DNA of 64,000 bases. Source: Adineta vaga (lineage: Eukaryota; Animalia; Rotifera). The position numbers and the translations under genes were made by a program. The notes beneath the pieces were generated by a model. It was not told where the DNA came from. It worked only from the letters and a program-made list of their open reading frames with translations, and ran no database searches. This document shows positions 29,309 to 40,925 of the stretch, piece by piece (within the stretch, counting starts at the first letter, position 1; every line of letters begins with the position of its first letter). The stretch is taken from assembly GCA_021613535.1 (NCBI GenBank), contig CP075492.1, forward strand, positions 5,704,001 to 5,768,000. The letters run 5' to 3'.

Positions 29309-30343
29309 TTAACCAATAACACCACCACTGGGATCAAGCCAATTAACAACAAAATCATATTCATTTACTGGTTGAACACCATAGAAACTAAAATAGAGTC
29401 TTGGAGTATCTTCTTCAATATATTCCATATAAAAGAGATCTGCTCCTCTTGTTTGAAATTGAACACGATGACCAGAATTAGGTCCTGGATTTGAGTCAGT
29501 TGCAGAAGTGTATACTTCAACTTTACCCGTATGAACGTGTGCAGTAATTTCAACAAATCCTCCTTGACTACTTCGACTTTGTCGAAGAAGTTCTGTTGTA
29601 TCGACTTGATAATATCGAAAAGTATCAATTGGTGCGGATGTTTCAACTTTGATATTAGGTACGACAAAAGCTGGAATACCACATGTATATACAGTGATAT
29701 TATTGATAGCTGCAGTTAAACCAGCATAATCATCAACTTGCATAACATATTTTTTATCGGTAGCAATTGTATGAAGTTCAGCATTGTTAATACCATAGCC
29801 AATACCAACGGCAAAGACACTAGCTTTGGTTACATGTAATAAATTAGCTGATTCAACGCCAACTGATGTACCACAATTGCTATTACCATCAGTAAGAACA
29901 AGAGCAATTCTTGACACACCTTCATGGAGACCTCGACAATGTTTATTACAAATCAATTTAGCTTCATTTAATGCATCTCCTGTAGCAGTGCAAGCACCAT
30001 TCATATATCGAATATTTTGAATTTGTTGAACTAATTTGTCTTTGGTATATTCTATCAAAGGCACATTATGAAAAGCGATAGGTGTCTCAACAGTTGATCC
30101 ATAATTAATCACCCACACTTGTACTTTTTTAGGACCGATCTGTAACATAGAGACGAGATCAACGAGAGCTACTTTTGCTCGTTCAAACGCAGCAGAGCCA
30201 ATACTACCGGAAGAATCCAAAACAATGAAGAGATCCATAATCGTTCGACAATTGCTTTCAGAACGTTTTTCAATATGTTCCAAAAGAGACTCGGCAGCAG
30301 CGGCCGATAGTATGGCCACAAATACAAGATAGAATGGACGCAT
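29309..30343 (-). CDS. Secreted von Willebrand factor A domain protein (matrilin/collagen VI-like vWA) with beta-rich C-terminal domain; intronless
   Basis: Signal peptide, DLFIVLDSSGS (MIDAS DxSxS), TATGDAL, VLTDGNS, FAVGIG, ELHTIA. Confidence 0.9.
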   Translation of the reverse strand: MRPFYLVFVAILSAAAAESLLEHIEKRSESNCRTIMDLFIVLDSSGSIGSAAFERAKVALVDLVSMLQIGPKKVQVWVINYGSTVETPIAFHNVPLIEYTKDKLVQQIQNIRYMNGACTATGDALNEAKLICNKHCRGLHEGVSRIALVLTDGNSNCGTSVGVESANLLHVTKASVFAVGIGYGINNAELHTIATDKKYVMQVDDYAGLTAAINNITVYTCGIPAFVVPNIKVETSAPIDTFRYYQVDTTELLRQSRSSQGGFVEITAHVHTGKVEVYTSATDSNPGPNSGHRVQFQTRGADLFYMEYIEEDTPRLYFSFYGVQPVNEYDFVVNWLDPSGGVIG

Positions 30344-30651
30344 TGTTAGAAATGATCTAACGACGTTTTTTATTAATCGTTTTTATATAAAAAAACAACA
30401 TTATATATCGAATTTGAGAATTTCTTTTTGTCTTTCACAGCTGCATTATAAATCGATAAGAGAGCAGTCATTTCAGTGAAAATCAAACATTTGCTGTTCT
30501 ATTATTCATTTTCCTATTTTTCTCGGAATTTGCAGATGTGACAAATCAATATGCCGATGAGACTAATAGACATCTGTAGATATAGAAATATTACTTTCGA
30601 TTTCGCTGAATTTTCTCCAGAAGAAAAACTTAGTTTTTCGATTCTTATTTA

Positions 30652-32532
30652 TCAAATCCATATTAGAATAAAATCCAAAACATCTTCATGTTTTGTGATC
30701 ATATATGTTGAAGATAAATGATCTTTTAACCATAGAATTAGTTCATGATTATTTGTTACATCCGAAGATTCGAGTTTCTTTTCTCTTTCATTCCTCACTT
30801 GAACTTTCAATGAACGAAGATTCTTCATATGATTAACAAGAATAAGAATACTTTCGCGATTTTCAACACAGATCGTAAGAACTTGACATTGAAGACCTAA
30901 TGGTGATTGACGTAATGCTTGACAATCTTCTTCATTAAAGTTATGATTGGTACTTTCTAAATCAAGATCTTCGACTGTTGTATTCGTATATGTAAATAAT
31001 GATCTTTGCAAAGGTAAGCCTACATCTTGTTTGATACACAAAATTGTAAGATGAGATGCTTGATCGAGTAATCTCTGTACTTGTTTTTGAAAGATATCAC
31101 AATGAGATGCGATTGTAAGAGATCTCAATCGTTTTAAAGTTGGAACAGTCGACCAGAATAGATTATTAATCGGAAGTTTAATATTGAGATCTTCAAGATG
31201 GGGTAATACACTAGAATAAGGAATTGCCATCTTATCGAAATATGTTTCATCATAAATATGGGTCAATTTTAGATAAAAATCTTGTTTATTATCGTATGGA
31301 TCGGTTGATTTTTGTAAATCAGGTATTCTTTGTTCGTAATAATTAAACGTATTTGGTAACGTATGAAGTTGAATACGTGATTGCCATATTAAACATCGAA
31401 TAAACCATCGATGTTCTTCACACCAAAATGGACTTCGAAATGTATCAACTAATTTATCTACATAATCTTCTGTATGATCAAATGTCGAAATATTATCATT
31501 CATTATTAGTCGAAAAACTTTTATATTCGGTAAATATTTACGTATGATACGTTCCCATTGATGACCATTCATTAAATTAAAATTTAATTTAATTTCCAAT
31601 CTATATAAATGAGGTACTGTTTGAAATGTTTTAACTAGTAAATTTTCCGATCCTTCATATACTCGAATGTTAAGATGTGTTAATGTTGACCCGATCGATT
31701 CGAAATGATTTTCATCAACAAGTGTTCCGAAAGGTATGGAAAGATGTTTCAAATGTGGTGTATATTCCAATAAATGATTCCATTCACTGATATTAAAAAA
31801 CCATCCGTATATAATGATATATTTCAAAGTTAATGAAATTTTTGTTGGTGTAAATGATGTATGTTGTTCATTTTTGATTTTATCAAAACGAAGATAAACT
31901 AATTTAGGTAAACTCCATATACTATCGAGAATGATCTGAAAACCATTTTGATCTATGTCAAATGAACAAGAATGAATTTTCAAGTCAATTAGATTGACAA
32001 GATTATGAATTTCTTCTAAAAGTTTAAAACATATTTTTTGTGAATAGACATAGGAAAAGGATAAGATTCGTAATTGAGTGAACTGTGTAAATGATGAAAT
32101 ATAAGATAGAAATAGATCAATCTGTTCTGGAGTTTCTTGATAATTAGAAATACCAATATGGATTATACGATCGGCTATCAATGGTAGATGTTGATGACAA
32201 AGATTATCAAAATGACGTTTCGATACAGATGAAAGTATAAAACGATAGTTTCGATATAGTTTATGTAGAAGATAATTGAAGCGAAAATTGAGTCCAGAAA
32301 ATGCATAGAGAAGATCAATACCAGCAAAATAATCGAATAGATCCAGAAGAAGTTCATCTGGTAATAATTCTAATTTCATCATCATAGAATTCTCTTTCAT
32401 CAATGTCATCAGTTGTTTTATGTTTAAAGAAGCAAATGAAACGCTTATTTTATAACAATTTTTCTTTTCTTCACTCGAGTCGAGCACCTTTATCTTTTGA
32501 AAGTTGGATTCAATTTGGTAGTTTACAGACAT
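30652..32532 (-). CDS. F-box-like / LRR-like protein, intronless (true start may be the MMMKLELLP Met cluster near 32385)
   Basis: KLELLPDELLLDLFDYF..DLLYAFSGLNFRFNYLL F-box-like start, repeated LxxLxL motifs, NGHQWERII, FRSPFWCEEHRWFIRC. Confidence 0.85.
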   Translation of the reverse strand: MSVNYQIESNFQKIKVLDSSEEKKNCYKISVSFASLNIKQLMTLMKENSMMMKLELLPDELLLDLFDYFAGIDLLYAFSGLNFRFNYLLHKLYRNYRFILSSVSKRHFDNLCHQHLPLIADRIIHIGISNYQETPEQIDLFLSYISSFTQFTQLRILSFSYVYSQKICFKLLEEIHNLVNLIDLKIHSCSFDIDQNGFQIILDSIWSLPKLVYLRFDKIKNEQHTSFTPTKISLTLKYIIIYGWFFNISEWNHLLEYTPHLKHLSIPFGTLVDENHFESIGSTLTHLNIRVYEGSENLLVKTFQTVPHLYRLEIKLNFNLMNGHQWERIIRKYLPNIKVFRLIMNDNISTFDHTEDYVDKLVDTFRSPFWCEEHRWFIRCLIWQSRIQLHTLPNTFNYYEQRIPDLQKSTDPYDNKQDFYLKLTHIYDETYFDKMAIPYSSVLPHLEDLNIKLPINNLFWSTVPTLKRLRSLTIASHCDIFQKQVQRLLDQASHLTILCIKQDVGLPLQRSLFTYTNTTVEDLDLESTNHNFNEEDCQALRQSPLGLQCQVLTICVENRESILILVNHMKNLRSLKVQVRNEREKKLESSDVTNNHELILWLKDHLSSTYMITKHEDVLDFILIWI

Positions 32533-34859
32533 CCATTAATATAATAATTAAAAACCTTTCTCGCAATCACATCAATGAAAATATGCATATACCGTTGATG
32601 TCATTTATTGATCTGATTAATAAAATGAAATTAAAATTATATATATATATATATATATATACAAGAAGATGTCGCCATATGAATTGATTCATCTTCTTTA
32701 GATTATAAATCAATAACGTATATAAACTATTTTGAGACAAAAGCATTAACGATCGGTCTATCAATGTTTGTCATTCTTAGAAATCTATGAATTTAATAAA
32801 ATGTTAATGAATGAAATAACACCAGACGAAATTATTGTCTAGTCTAATTTTCTCTATTTCTCATTCTAATACGGATATTTTCAAAATATCCTTAGGTGAA
32901 AATTAATATTTTCATTACTTTTTTTTAAAATACCTCGACATAACAAGGGATGTGGACGACATATAGATTTTGATGAATAACTAATTAATATTTCACATCT
33001 ATTTGAACGAACAATTGTCTCATCAATCATCTTTTCTTTTCAATATTTCACATGATCTTGAAATAAAATTATTTTATAATATTCATTCGGAAGATCTTTT
33101 CCAACAAAAATACTTTCATTTACTCTATTAACTTGAAAGTTCTTTTTCTAGAAAATGTATTCATTCTATGTCTATCTCTCAGATAGATTGTTAATTGCGA
33201 ATATTTAGTTTACAATAGGAAAACAAAATGTTTTCCTTGTAACATTCAGTTCGTCTAATAAAGAAAAACTAATTAGATAATTACAAGTTGAATATCATAT
33301 ATATCGTCTTTTCTAAACCTAGAATAATAAATGACTTTTGAATACGTCAATACATAGTATTCACTTTTCATAATAAACTAACAAAATCATTAGAGCATCG
33401 TTTAAACATATTTCTTATTAAAATAGATCTAGCATACATTTCTTTTTGCTATATATTAACATGGAGAGAAAATTTACCACCTGTTACATTATATTCATAA
33501 AAAATAAACGGTATGTGTGTTATTTTTTTTCGGATATTTTCATCTCTTTTTATTTTTCTGCCAAAACAAGTCATTCACACCTCCGCATTGATCATATTCA
33601 AGAGCGTATCAAGTGAGAGAAAAAAATAATGAGCTTGCCAGTTTCTTGCTCTCATTTTCTTCGTGTCAACGAACTAACACGAGGCAAAGGTAACGTAGAA
33701 TATATATAAGTATAGATATATATATATATTCTAGACGTGTTTTCGTATATCTTTTGTGTGTTCTTTTCCTTATTCTATATTCACCTTATTTGTCTTCAAC
33801 GATATTTTATCGTATGAAGTAAATACATTAATAATAAGCATTTGTTGTTATTCTTTAAATGTAGCCTTGATCCTGTCTCATGTTTTTTTCCCTTAAACGG
33901 GAATTACATTCGTGTTCTATGTGTGTGTGTGTGTTCTTTTTCCTCTTGAAAAAAAAACGAAGAAGAAAGGAAAAGAAGATTTTTTTTTCTTCTTCTTATT
34001 TTCAGTCTTCAATCTTCATCTCTTATTATAATTAAAGTTCTCAACAAGAAAGTATCCATTCATCTTTACATTAAATCTTGAAAAACAAAATTTACTGTCA
34101 TTATAATATTATTTATTATTTATAAAAAAAAGCTTCAAATGCACCTTCATCAAGGGTTTTTTCTTTACTCGTTTTCTTGATGCATTGCTATGAACGTTTT
34201 TATATGTCTACAGGATTATCAATTAACTAATGTTTAACCTTGAATAGTCTTCGAATTATTCTTTAATGTTGACACATTCCACATGACACTTGAACATCTT
34301 CGTGTTTTCAAGTTACTTTCGTCACAATCTAGGGTATTATGTTTACCATGTTTGTCTCAAGTACGTAACCAGTTATTTGTTTTTTTTTATTTCGTAGAAA
34401 GAAGAGACATCCTTTTTTTTCTTTCATAATATTATTCATTATATGAATCGATAAAAACACCGAAAATTAATAGAGTAATCTTAGTGATTCACCTACAACT
34501 TGAAATACTTTACATTTTATTTTAAAGTATAAGAAAATTAAATGTTGTTATTTAGTTAATTTGTTCATTTGTTAATAAACGTAAGTGGTCGAAGAAGCCA
34601 TCATCAGTCTAGGAACTATTTTATAAGAATCATTTTGTTGATTGTTAATTGCAGTTTCTTTTGACGACATAGAGTGACGGAAATTTATCAATGAAAAACG
34701 TCTTTTCCTCTCTCTCCCTCTTTCTGTTGCATATATATTGACATGAATTTTGACACGCAATTATTACTATTATAACAAATATAATCTCTCTTTTCTTTCA
34801 GATTAGAATATCGTTTTGAATGCACACAATTCTTTTTTTAACACATTGTCCCAACGACT

Positions 34860-36677
34860 ATGTGCATTCAAATACTTTCCTCATCTAATACTCTTCAAAC
34901 GTCATCAATGTATTCACCAAAACGTAAATTATCCAATGACGAGCCGATCAATCTCCATGATCAAGGTAATACGATGCATTCGGATGTACAATCACCGACA
35001 CGTACTTATGCATTAATTGAAACTGATGCTCAAGAATTAGATCAAGTTCTTGAGATATTAAAACAATTTTTTCCAAAAACAAAAATTCTTGATTATAATC
35101 ATACAACACAGTCAACTGCAATACAACCATCAACATCTATTTCATCATCCTATACCTCTCAGTTTCTCATATCATCCATTGACAATGATCAGACATCAAC
35201 AAGTTTAAATTCACAAGTAAAAAAAGAATGATAAAACTATCAAATATTTTTATAACTTTTATGTTTTAGACTTTTAAAGGTAAAGTGAAAAATTACCTTC
35301 AGCGTCGTTATTTAGAGCAAACTAACGAACATCAACCACGTCAAGATTTGCTAACAAAACATCGTACAGAACAAATGAGTTCATTTGATTTATCATCAAG
35401 TATTCCTAAACCTTCAATAGCATTCAAATCTCATTCATTTGATTCATCACAAAGTTCAACAATTAAAACTGAACAATTTCCTATAAGTCGAACATCAAGT
35501 AAACGAGGTTTATTACAGCATTATACAGCTATTGATATAGATGATACATCAAATGAAGCGGGCAAAATTACATTTAGTATTAATCATGCTGACGATGATA
35601 ATAATAATAATAATAATAATAATGAACAAGATGATGATGAAGAAGAAGAAGAAGAAGAAACTAAATCATCTTCATATCGTTATTCATCAACTACTCAACA
35701 AAACAATCATTTTCTTTTACCCTATCATCCTCATTCGTACGAACAAGATCAAGGAGTACGATCATCATCTTATTCAAATGCAACTCAATTACCACTAACA
35801 CCCTATTCTGTTTCAAGTGATCCTGGGCCATTTCGTTCACCTTGGTTTAATACTCCAACGTCGCCATTTAATTTTCGATTTCCTCAAAGTCAAGATCAAG
35901 CTCATGTCAATGCTCAAGGAACTATTGCTCAACTATCAACATTAACAAAAATGTTATGTGATGAACCAAGTGTCTTTACGCCTATTAGTCCAAGGTAAGG
36001 AAATACAATCGTTTGCTGACGTCATTGGTTAATATTAATGACTTGTTTTTAATCTAGAATCAAATCAGAAAAACATCAATCAAATTCTTCTAGAGTTTCT
36101 TCGAAAGTCCCACCTTGTCAGATTTGTCGACAAGAATTTAATTCACATAAAATGTAAGTTGATATAGAGATATTAATAAAAGACAACATATTGTGTAATC
36201 ATTATCTTACAGGTATTTATCTCATTATCGTACTCATTTGGATAATTCATGTGAAACGGATCCATCAGATACCTCATATTGTGATCGTTCAGGTGATTTA
36301 CGTAATTATTCATGTAAAATATGCTCAAAACGTTTTTCTCGGTCAGAAGCAAATATAGATTTTTTTCCTATATACAATGTTTTCTTCTTCTTCTTCTTCT
36401 TCTTTTCTTTAGAAGTGATATGTTAAATCGACATTTACGTTCTCATTCTGGTATACGTCCATATCGTTGTACAATGTGTAATACTTATTTTTCACGAAGT
36501 GATCATTTATCCACTCATTTACGTACACATACAGGTGAAAAACCATATACATGTTCTCAATGTTCTTATACAGCATGTCGACGAGATATGATAACAAGAC
36601 ATTTAAAAATTCACATGAAACAACGACCAGAAAGAAAAAATGCAACATCAACATTTGCCTCAAGTAATGACTTTTGA
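34860..36677 (+). CDS. klu: Klumpfuss-like (EGR/WT1-related) C2H2 zinc-finger transcription factor; about 5 exons
   Basis: CKICSKRFSR|SDMLNRHLRSHSGIRPYRC..FSRSDHLSTHLRTHTGEKPYTCSQCSYTACRRDMITRH, the Klumpfuss-type finger series; start codon uncertain. Confidence 0.85.
35593..35659 (+). repeat. Coding (AAT)n / (GAT)n / (GAA)n trinucleotide tract (poly-N, poly-D/E)
   Basis: Seen directly: gatgataataataataataat..gatgatgatgaagaagaagaagaa. Confidence 0.9.
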
Positions 36678-37290
36678 TATTCAAAAGACAAGAAAACGAG
36701 AACATCAATAAGAATCGATGTTATGTTATCTTATTATTTCTAGTCATATTTCTTTCGTTGTCTATGTGTTATTTGTTTGTATTGTTTTTCTTACTAAAAG
36801 ATATATCTGATGTGACAAATTTCGTTAAATACTCGATTAAAATCATTCGTGTAGAATATCATCAACATTTACTTAATTAAAAGAGCAAAAAAATCAGTGA
36901 GGAATAACATATACTACTTCTGCATATTAGAAAACCCATATTTCATTCTATGATTTATCGTACTACTCTCGCTCTACATTATCATGAACAGTGCATCAAT
37001 AGATTACAAGAATGTTATTGACATCATAGAATATGGGCATGTTTAGCCATCTGTGAAGTGAACAATGAATCATGTTCGCTCTTGAATTTGATTCGTCCTT
37101 TTCAACGATTTTTTTCCTCGGCTATGATCAAATCGAAATAAGAATGGATAAATTTATTACCACACTTATTGACCTCTTTCTTCTCTCTTTCTCTCTTCAT
37201 ATATATATACACACGCACACAGTGTGACAGAACATTAGCCCTTTGTTTTCGTTTAAACAAACATGGAAAATATTTAACAATATTATTGAA

Positions 37291-37526
37291 ATGAAAGATC
37301 CATCAACTTTTCTTTCCCATGTCTCAACTATCAAGTAAATTCTATTCTTCTTCTTCTTTGTCTCATTATTAAACTAATCTCATTGAATTTTTGAAGTAAT
37401 TTTACAAGTAATCTTGTAAATATAACCAACACTTTATCACATATAGTTTCACCATGTTCATCATCAACAGCAGCATGGGGAATTTATGGTAATCAACAAA
37501 CATGGGCTGATCTACATCTTCGTTAA
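37291..37526 (+). CDS. Possible 57-aa spliced micropeptide; intron 37335..37396
   Basis: MKDPSTFLSHVSTIN|NFTSNLVNITNTLSHIVSPCSSSTAAWGIYGNQQTWADLHLR*; 62-nt GT-AG intron with CTAAT branch-like site, AATAAA downstream. Confidence 0.4.
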
Positions 37527-37659
37527 ATCGTTTCGGAATAATAACAATTGTACATAAAGAAAAACACAATCTCATGAAAATAAATAATTTATGAAGTTTT
37601 CACAATCAATTATTTCTATCTTAATTACAATTCTATATCGAATGAATATCTGTTCGATT

Positions 37660-38577
37660 TTATTTTTGTAAAATAATATTTTCACATAGTAAAATTCCTT
37701 GATAAAGTTGTTCTTCAAGATTATCTAATGAAAATTTCTTCTTTAACCAATATAGATAAGCTTTATTCATGAGAAATTTCTTTTCATAGGGTTGAAGAAT
37801 TAATTTTTCGAGTAAATTCTTTCTCAATTGATCATTATTCAATATTAAAGTTGATTGTAATTTGTCGACCGTTTTTTCTAAAGAATTCCAGATATCCAAA
37901 TTATTGATTGGCATATCAGGAATAATTAATGATGGTTTACCACGTTGAATAAGTAATGCTGCATAGGATGATTGATTGAAATATTTTTTGAAATGATTTG
38001 TTATCATAAATAGAATTTTCTTATTGGGATTGTTGAGTAAATGTTGATAGAATTGAAGAAATTCAATGGAAACACTTTGATTAATTCGTTTTTTATCTTC
38101 ACGTAAAGATGAAACAGGTAGAAATATTGAAGCTAATTGTTTAGCAATGATTTGATGATACAATTCATGATTATCAATTTCATCGCAAAATTCCTGAACT
38201 TCTGGCATCCAATTTTCAATGACACTTATGACTGAAACGGGACTATCAACACTAAAACAGATTAGCGCAATATTTGTATCAGCATAAGACAATGCACGAA
38301 GACGTTCATAATCTTCTTGCCCAGCTGTATCGAATAGAGTTAAATTAATCTAGAAATAAAAGATTTTATCAGATATCTATTCAATAGAATGTAAACTTAC
38401 AAGTTTACCATCAACTTGAATTTCAGTTGGATAAGTTTCAAATATTGTTGGTTCATGTGTAGAAAGGAATTGTTTATCTTTAAAAGCAAATAGAAGACAT
38501 GTTTTTCCACACATTCCATCACCTACAATAACTAATTTCTTATTTTTTCGTCGACGTTTATCAGTTTGAGTTGCCAT
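37660..38577 (-). CDS. Chimeric ORF: truncated Rho GTPase (G1-G3 only) fused in frame to ~173 aa of unrelated coding sequence
   Basis: Identical to Rho copy B up to ..EVQEFCD (38182), then [17 protein letters not shown]; lacks G4, G5 and CAAX. Confidence 0.65.
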
Positions 38578-40403
38578 CAAGAATAAACGATGCAAAATAT
38601 GCCGGTCGTCTTAAATAATATCGGAAGTGTTTGTGTTTGAAACTAACATTATCAACAGCTATGACTCATTATAACTCACAAGTCATGTCGTTTATATCAA
38701 GGTAAAACTCAATTTCGAAATAGAAACTGATAACAGTAGATTTTTGTTTTACTCATTTCTAGATGACAATGTCGTAGCTGTAGAGTTAATATAACAAATA
38801 GAATTCGTCAGCAAGTCTGAATTCATTTTTAAAAATGAATGATATTCGGTTATATCAAGGTAAAGACCTGGAGCATCAACATTCTGTTGATAATGTGTCA
38901 TTAAATACATCACAAGAAGACTATAGTACTTGTTTCTCACTGTTACTTGTATGTTTACAATGATTCAGAACTTTCGCTATGAGAATAAATACAATTAAAT
39001 TATGATATAAAGTATCTTATTAACAGAAATTGTTTCATATGATTGTTTAGGAAGTTCAAATTAAATTTAGATAAGAAAATCACACATTCCCATTCAATAT
39101 AAAACACATCGACTATTTGATCCTCTCGTAGATCGTTTCTTCAATGATAATCGAGCTGCATGAACAAATAAATCTTGTACACCTTCGCGAGTCTTTGCTG
39201 AACATTCCATATAGGCATCAGCTTTGATTCGTTCAGCTATTTGTTTTCCTGTTTCAGTTGATATTGGTTTTTCACCATCTCGTCGAAGCTGTTCAATAGT
39301 GTGAGAATCTGTTCGGAGATCAATTTTACATGCGACTAATATCACTGGACAACGATCGCAAAATTCCTGAACTTCTGGCATCCAATTTTCAATGACACTT
39401 ATGACTGAAACGGGACTATCAACACTAAAACAGATTAGCGCAATATTTGTATCAGCATAAGACAATGCACGAAGACGTTCATAATCTTCTTGCCCAGCTG
39501 TATCGAATAGAGTTAAATTAATCTAGAAATAAAAGATTTTATCAGATATCTATTCAATAGAATGTAAACTTACAAGTTTACCATCAACTTGAATTTCAGT
39601 TGGATAAGTTTCAAATATTGTTGGTTCATGTGTAGAAAGGAATTGTTTATCTTTAAAAGCAAATAGAAGACATGTTTTTCCACACATTCCATCACCTACA
39701 ATAACTAATTTCTTATTTTTTCGTCGACGTTTATCAGTTTGAGTTGCCATCAAGAATAAACGATGCAAAATATGCCGGTCGTCTTAAATAATATCGGAAG
39801 TGTTTGTGTTTGAAACTAACATTATCAACAGCTATGACTCATTATAACTCACAAGTCATGTCGTTTATATCAAGGTAAAACTCAATTTCGAAATAGAAAC
39901 TGATAACAGTAGATTTTTGTTTTACTCATTTCTAGATGACAATGTCGTAGTTGTAGAGTTAATATAACAAATAGAATTCGTCAGCAAGTCTGAATTCATT
40001 TAAAAAATGAATGATATTTAGTTATATCAAGGTAAAGACCTGGAGTATCAACATTCTGTTGATAATGTGTCATTAAATACATCACAAGAAGAATATAGTA
40101 CTCGTTTCTCATTGTTACTTGTATGTTTACAATGATTCAGAACTTTCACTAAGAGAATAAATACAATTAAATTATGATATAAAGTATCTTATTAACAGAA
40201 ATTGTTTCATATGATTGTTTAGGAAGTTCAAATTAAATTTAGATAAGAAAATCACACATTCCCATTCAATATAAAACACATCGACTATTTGATCCTCTCG
40301 TAGATCGTTTCTTCAGTGATAATCGAGCTGCATGAACAAATAAATCTTGTACACCTTCGCGAGTCTTTGCTGAACATTCCATATAGGCATCAGCTTTGAT
40401 TCG
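38182..40403. repeat. Near-identical direct duplication: 38182..39231 vs 39355..40403 (offset 1173, then 1172)
   Basis: Direct visual alignment; the first ~590 nt appear identical and roughly ten substitutions/indels occur in the intergenic part. Confidence 0.95.
39094..39750 (-). CDS. Rho-family GTPase (RhoA-like, copy B), 201 aa; intron 39523..39573
   Basis: [48 protein letters not shown]-terminal CVLY. Confidence 0.93.
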
Positions 40404-40925
40404 AGTAGCAAGTTGTTTCCCTGTTTCAGTAGTTACCGGCTTTTCACCTTCTTGTTTTAATTTCGAAATAATCTGTGGATCCGTTCGAAGATCTTTTTTA
40501 CAAGCAACTAATATCACAGGACATGAACCACAAAAATGTCGTACTTCAGGTACCCATTTTTCCAGAACACTCGTTGCTGAGACAGGACTATCAACACTAA
40601 AACATATTAAGACAACACTCGTATCCGGATATGAAAGTGGACGAAGACGATCATAGTCTTCTTGACCAGCCGTATCAAAAAGTGCTAAATCAATCTAGAA
40701 ATCATCAGTTATACAAAAAATAATTTAATCAATCAAGAATATTCTTACAGTTTTTCCATCGACTTGAATATCAGCAACATAAGTATCAAATATTGTTGCA
40801 TCATGTGTTGGAATAAATCGATCATCTTTGAAAGCAAATAGGAGACATGTTTTTCCGCACATTCCATCACCGACAATAACTAATTTTTTGCTTTTTCGTA
40901 AACTTCCATTAGACTTCGAGGCCAT
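40266..40925 (-). CDS. Rho-family GTPase (RhoA-like, copy A), 201 aa; intron 40695..40748
   Basis: [58 protein letters not shown]. Confidence 0.93.

Noticed and set aside
28621-30020. Short antisense or alternate-frame ORFs overlapping real genes (same pattern at 2403, 5310, 6360, 10423, 23738, 35541, 36409, 40396, 63706)
   Set aside because: Shadow ORFs of genuine CDS, often with TTG/GTG starts that are not meaningful in a eukaryote
38182-40403. Direct repeat as LTR pair or transposon
   Set aside because: Repeat consists of host Rho gene and spacer, with no TG..CA ends, TSD or internal TE ORF
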